Shown here one piece after another: positions 16,209 through 20,000 of a DNA stretch of 20,000 bases. Origin of the DNA: an uncultured virus (IMG/VR IMGVR_UViG_3300015607_000776). Its lineage: Duplodnaviria; Heunggongvirae; Uroviricota; Caudoviricetes. The position numbers were made by a program, and so were the translations under genes. The stretch is taken from the IMG/VR virus record IMGVR_UViG_3300015607_000776. One strand, given 5' to 3'. Position 1 is the stretch's first letter; every line of letters starts with the position of its first letter. A model generated the notes under the pieces. It was not told where the DNA came from, searched no databases, and was given only the letters and a program-made list of their open reading frames with translations.

Positions 16209-16464
16209 CGTTTTCATCTTCCAATTGCTCATCAGTTTTCTCAAACCACAAATCTTTAACTTCATATCCTTGTGGCCACAATGCATCTAGGTGGTCATCA
16301 CGCCATCCTAGTGTCAGTTCGCAATCATAATGCTTAATCAACCACTTGCTTATTTGTCTATTATAATCTCCCAAATAAGCGGCGGTGCATTTTGGATTAT
16401 TTACCATTACTCGGCAAACTTCCATGCATTTTTTACATTCTGCAAAATACCAGGTCTTTGCCAT
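16201..16464 (-). CDS. Hypothetical protein with CxxC and further Cys/His (possible metal binding)
   Basis: 87 aa ORF starting immediately after the methyltransferase stop; ECKKC and HYDC. Confidence 0.7.
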   Translation of the reverse strand: MAKTWYFAECKKCMEVCRVMVNNPKCTAAYLGDYNRQISKWLIKHYDCELTLGWRDDHLDALWPQGYEVKDLWFEKTDEQLEDENDV

Positions 16465-17133
16465 TTATTTCCCTTTGGGTGTCACTCGCTTCATTTCCGT
16501 TTTTCCAAACTTTTCAAACACGACTATACTATCATAAAAATGGACAGAAGTCAAGTCTTTCCCAATTTTCTTCCTTTGTTCCAAGTCTGCATTCATTTCT
16601 TCCCACCAACTGGAATGGATAACATCAATGTAGGACTTTGCATAGGAAATAAACGACCCTTTTACATTCAATCCACCACCATTGTATTGCATGTAGGAAG
16701 TATGGCAATCTTCACAGATATAGACTCCATTTAAACATAGTTTTGGGAAAATCTTCTCAAAGGTCAGAATTTGTTGATCCATGAAATGACCACCATCATC
16801 AATGAAAATGTCAATTTGAGGGTGCTCTTGAAGGAATTTATCCCAAAATTCAGGATCACTTTGATCACCAATCACAACCTTGATATTTGGGTTATCATAT
16901 TGTAATTTTGCACATTCAGGATCAACGTCAATACCAATAACTTTATGACGTGGACCTAAAAATTTACCCCACATTTCCAATGATCCACCTTGCTGAACAC
17001 CGACCTCAACTAATGTTAGAGGTATGGGCATTAGTTCAGTCCATGACAAATGTATTTCATAGACATTGAAATAAGGCAACCACTTATCAGATGGGTGATC
17101 TAGGTTTTCAAAAAGATTCTGTAGTCTACTCAT
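16465..17133 (-). CDS. Class I SAM-dependent methyltransferase, sugar O-methyltransferase-like (MycE/TylE-type motifs)
   Basis: SDKW..YF..YE, EVGVQQGGSLEMW, GIDVDP, GDQSD, IFIDDGGH and GVYICED motifs. Confidence 0.88.
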   Translation of the reverse strand: MSRLQNLFENLDHPSDKWLPYFNVYEIHLSWTELMPIPLTLVEVGVQQGGSLEMWGKFLGPRHKVIGIDVDPECAKLQYDNPNIKVVIGDQSDPEFWDKFLQEHPQIDIFIDDGGHFMDQQILTFEKIFPKLCLNGVYICEDCHTSYMQYNGGGLNVKGSFISYAKSYIDVIHSSWWEEMNADLEQRKKIGKDLTSVHFYDSIVVFEKFGKTEMKRVTPKGK

Positions 17134-17528
17134 TTCAATTTCTTTCTTTTTGGTTTTTTGTCCAAATCAATAACGTAAGCATTAATTTTCTTTTTACCTA
17201 TAATTCGATTTATCAGAACCCTATGATGACCGTCCATAAGAAGATTCTTGCCCTTATGTCGAATAACCTGTACCGGTTCTGTATCATCTATCTTCCAAAG
17301 CATTGCCTGAGGAGAATAAAATGTACCTCGATGTGTTTTGACCAGACTATCAATATCAACCTGAGTAATCTTAGAAGAAAGAAACTTGTCGATTAGTCTT
17401 CCCTTGGTTTTCTTCATTGCTGCATCATAAGCAGCATCTCCTAAAGAAGGATCGGACTCCTTGAATTTTCTTTCTTCATCTATATAGGTCTGAAGAATAC
17501 GCTTAAATGCTTTCTTGTAACTACTCAT
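17130..17528 (-). CDS. ParB/sulfiredoxin-like domain protein
   Basis: PVQV....LLMDGHHRV...G..KINAYV motif; very basic termini. Confidence 0.7.
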   Translation of the reverse strand: MSSYKKAFKRILQTYIDEERKFKESDPSLGDAAYDAAMKKTKGRLIDKFLSSKITQVDIDSLVKTHRGTFYSPQAMLWKIDDTEPVQVIRHKGKNLLMDGHHRVLINRIIGKKKINAYVIDLDKKPKRKKLK

Positions 17529-17629
17529 TTTTCAAGTTCTTCCAACCTTTTAGCAATTACCCATAATGCACCTGTGGTAAATACATTACAAACAACCATT
17601 AATAGTAAAAAAATCTCAGCATAATTCAT
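17525..17629 (-). CDS. Small single-pass membrane protein, 34 aa (MNYAEIFLLLMVVCNVFTTGALWVIAKRLEELEK), not in the ORF track
   Basis: Manual translation. ATGA overlaps at both ends; a hydrophobic core followed by a charged tail. Confidence 0.65.
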   Translation of the reverse strand: MNYAEIFLLLMVVCNVFTTGALWVIAKRLEELEK

Positions 17630-18666
17630 ATTTCAATCCATTCTTTGTTTGCAAGTGACCATTCAGTCACTTCACTGATTCTTTCCTGAAGACTAAACCT
17701 TGGTTCCCAACCCAGACTTTTCATATACCCACCATCAAGTGCATACCTCAAATCATGACCAGGTCTGGATGAATGGAAGTCAACCATTTCACAGATAGGT
17801 GTTCTACCTTGTGCATTTGCGATCATCTTTACCAATTCAAGGTTATTGATTTCTTCCTTACCAACAATATTGAACTTGGGGCATTTTGCACCACCCCAAT
17901 CTGGTGTGTAAATTGTTTTCAAGTTTTCAGGTGATAGAGTTAATATAAACAGAATTGCATCTGCCACATCCTTTGCATGTATATAGAATCTTGACCCAGG
18001 GATTGTACGTGTTGAATCACTATGGATGAAAATCTTTTCTGAGTCTCTAATCTTCCTAATACACAATGGAATGAACTTCTCTGGGTGTTGACGTTCACCA
18101 AAGACATTCATGCAATGAGTAATGAAGATTGGAAGTTTATAGGTATTTTCATAGGCAACACAGAATTCCTCACCTGCTGCTTTGGAAGCAGAATAGGGGT
18201 TGGTTGAGTTATATCTGTCACGTTCCTTGTACGATACACCAGGAGGTGCAATACCAAAGATTTCATCTGTGCTGAAATAGATCATACGTTCAAGGTTCTT
18301 TAAACCTCTTGCAAAATCTAGAACGTTTACTGTTCCCACAGTATTATCCATCACAAATTCCATTGGGTGAGTGATAGACCTATCAACATGACTGGATGCT
18401 GCAAGGTGCAGGATAATATTTGGATCACCAATGAAATTCTTGGTTAGGTCTGATATGGGCGCCTTTAGATCATGCCATACCACCTTAAGTCTTTGTTGTG
18501 TTTCTTTGGGATACTTCTCTAGAACACTGTGTAACCTGTTTAGGTTTCCAGAATAGTCCAACCGATCAAGAGATACAATCTCCCAATCGGTCTTTTCTAG
18601 GAACAAATCAATAATGTGGTGGCCTATAAACCCAGCTCCACCTGTCAGGAGACAACGCTTAACCAT
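17626..18666 (-). CDS. rmlB: dTDP-glucose 4,6-dehydratase (extended SDR)
   Basis: GGAGFIG, LDRLDYSGN, HLAASSHVDRS, STDE, YSASK, QHPEKFIP and RPGHDLRYALD motifs. GGGAG SD. Confidence 0.92.
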   Translation of the reverse strand: MVKRCLLTGGAGFIGHHIIDLFLEKTDWEIVSLDRLDYSGNLNRLHSVLEKYPKETQQRLKVVWHDLKAPISDLTKNFIGDPNIILHLAASSHVDRSITHPMEFVMDNTVGTVNVLDFARGLKNLERMIYFSTDEIFGIAPPGVSYKERDRYNSTNPYSASKAAGEEFCVAYENTYKLPIFITHCMNVFGERQHPEKFIPLCIRKIRDSEKIFIHSDSTRTIPGSRFYIHAKDVADAILFILTLSPENLKTIYTPDWGGAKCPKFNIVGKEEINNLELVKMIANAQGRTPICEMVDFHSSRPGHDLRYALDGGYMKSLGWEPRFSLQERISEVTEWSLANKEWIEI

Positions 18667-18784
18667 GAAATACTCTCCCTTTATAAAATCCTTTCGGAAT
18701 TACATCATCAGCAAAAACACCAGCGAAAGACTTTTTGGGACTCCAACAATAGTAGTTATCATATAAAAATGCTGCAACTGTCAT
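18659..18784 (-). CDS. Small hypothetical protein, 41 aa (MTVAAFLYDNYYCWSPKKSFAGVFADDVIPKGFYKGRVFHG), not in the ORF track
   Basis: Manual translation. GAGG SD, starts 3 nt after the upstream stop and overlaps the rmlB start. Confidence 0.45.
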   Translation of the reverse strand: MTVAAFLYDNYYCWSPKKSFAGVFADDVIPKGFYKGRVFHG

Positions 18785-18787
18785 AAT

Positions 18788-19015
18788 TTACCTCGAAAAA
18801 TGGATTGACTTAAGACCCTTTGCTGTCTTGTGATTGTGAATATCAACCTTATTCATACCCGGTTGAGATACTGTTTTCACTTCCCAAAGACCTTCCTCAC
18901 CAATCAATTGGACTCTAAGTCCGTGCTTTGCGCCTTTTTCCTCAATCCACGCAACCTGGTGGATGATACCTTCATCTGTCTTTTGTTCAAGTCTGCACTG
19001 ATAATATAGCGTCAT
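18788..19015 (-). CDS. Hypothetical protein
   Basis: 75 aa ORF with GGAG SD, overlapping the upstream gene end. Confidence 0.7.
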   Translation of the reverse strand: MTLYYQCRLEQKTDEGIIHQVAWIEEKGAKHGLRVQLIGEEGLWEVKTVSQPGMNKVDIHNHKTAKGLKSIHFSR

Positions 19016-19272
19016 AGTTCAACTCCACAATCAATTATGTCATTCTCCAACCTTTCAATTCTTTCTTCCATTGATCTGACCAATGATTTATGTAAAGCTT
19101 CATCAAAACGAATGTTGAAGGTGACTGGTGGTAAATCTCTAGCACCATCTTCATACATTGTTACAATTATAGTCTCTTTGAATTTTTTTGACTTTAATGT
19201 ATCCAACTGCATTTTTGCTTCGTTTAGTAATCGTGCCAAAATACTAACTCTTGTAATATCTTCTAATTTCAT
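19012..19272 (-). CDS. Hypothetical protein
   Basis: 86 aa ORF with an ATGA overlap with the upstream gene. Confidence 0.7.
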   Translation of the reverse strand: MKLEDITRVSILARLLNEAKMQLDTLKSKKFKETIIVTMYEDGARDLPPVTFNIRFDEALHKSLVRSMEERIERLENDIIDCGVEL

Positions 19273-20000
19273 GATGAAACCTTCTTTAGACCTGCAAATT
19301 CAACCTGTCGATCATCATACTGATAATCTAGGTTGAATTTGTCTTTCATATACTTTGGGAACCATTCCCGCATCAGGTAATCCATTTCTCGGAAACCTTC
19401 TGTTTTATCATAGGAACTTTCACGTCTCATATGCTTGATTTTACTTGCATGGATAATATGGGCGTTCATCTGCAAATAGAAACATAACACCTTATCCATT
19501 CCCCATTCCGCATTTCCTGGTTTATAATCTGTAAAGAAACGGAGTACCTTTCGGAATATATCATTCCGGAAGAAAGGTACTCCAAGTTCCGTAAAATTAG
19601 TTTCCGTAAATACAAAATCGGGATTGTGCTCTAGTATAGGGTAAACCGTCCAGGATGTCAAGCTCTGTTGAAAGTATCCCATATCATGTCTTCTTGCAAT
19701 ACTTAACGCCGTCTCGATTGACTGAATATCAGTACAATAATCATCATCAAAATAAGCAATGTAGTCATAATTTTCCCATTTCACTTTGTTTGCAATTTCT
19801 GGAAGCATTGACCATTTCCTACCTTTATGGTGAATGACCATATCATATGTTCCAGGTTCTGGTTCAAAATCGTTGAAGATCACAGCACAAGTTTCAAACG
19901 ATCTTCCAGGTTTTCTGAATACCCAATGATTATCCTTATCAAATTCTTCATCGAGAAAATAAGGACACCCAGTAGGTGTAATGATCAATGCTTTATTCAT
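19269..20000 (-). CDS. DUF707-like / GT-A fold putative glycosyltransferase (start at the window edge)
   Basis: YDYIAYFDDD (DxD), QQSL, TNFTELGVPFF and WGMD, matching the DUF707 pattern. The ATG is at 20000, so the true start cannot be verified. Confidence 0.65.
   Translation of the reverse strand: MNKALIITPTGCPYFLDEEFDKDNHWVFRKPGRSFETCAVIFNDFEPEPGTYDMVIHHKGRKWSMLPEIANKVKWENYDYIAYFDDDYCTDIQSIETALSIARRHDMGYFQQSLTSWTVYPILEHNPDFVFTETNFTELGVPFFRNDIFRKVLRFFTDYKPGNAEWGMDKVLCFYLQMNAHIIHASKIKHMRRESSYDKTEGFREMDYLMREWFPKYMKDKFNLDYQYDDRQVEFAGLKKVSS

Noticed and set aside
16209..16286. N-terminal extensions given by the ORF track (also 9154-9207, 13852-13899, 5303-5359, 3431-3526, 3998-4024, 2573-2599)
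   Set aside because: They overlap upstream genes. Downstream starts have better SDs and match the domain boundaries.
282..19837. All plus-strand ORFs in the track, plus nested alternate-frame minus ORFs (278-469, 12825-13121)
   Set aside because: They are antisense or out-of-frame shadows of well-supported minus-strand genes and have no recognisable motifs.
1..20000. Stop-codon recoding
   Set aside because: TAA, TAG and TGA all terminate full-length genes, and coding density is high under code 11.
1..20000. CRISPR array, tRNA genes, long repeats or clear intrinsic terminators
   Set aside because: The non-coding gaps are under 80 nt, and no repeat-spacer periodicity or cloverleaf was seen. 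Hairpin 1 at 2132-2152 has only an interrupted U-run (UACUUUU), so it was not called a terminator, although attenuation is not excluded.

Overview
This window is a densely packed, AT-rich segment of a large T4-like (Tevenvirinae-related sensu lato) myophage genome. Every credible gene is on the minus strand, and the standard genetic code fits. Read in transcription order (right to left), it contains five blocks. (1) A sugar-biosynthesis and modification island: a DUF707-like GT, dTDP-glucose 4,6-dehydratase, a ParB-like protein, a sugar O-methyltransferase-like protein, an NDP-hexose C-methyltransferase and a second GT-like protein. (2) A perfect sigma70 promoter ahead of an Sm-like protein and the family B DNA polymerase (gp43). 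(3) A membrane coiled-coil protein, a cupin, an exported protein, then uvsX, a gp40-position gene and the gp41 helicase. (4) An accessory block with a Zn-dependent deaminase, an exported vWA protein, an exported SNase-type nuclease and a nucleoside 2-deoxyribosyltransferase-like protein. (5) A separately promoted NAD+/ADP-ribose operon (NadM-Nudix, NADAR, macrodomain). Its short 5' leader folds into two hairpins that sequester the Shine-Dalgarno sequence and contain an alternative anti-SD. The best leads are the operon as a possible anti-defence module with a candidate cis-regulatory RNA, and the methylated-deoxysugar island. Four small ORFs missing from the ORF track were found by manual translation. 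All family calls come from motif recognition only; no searches were run.
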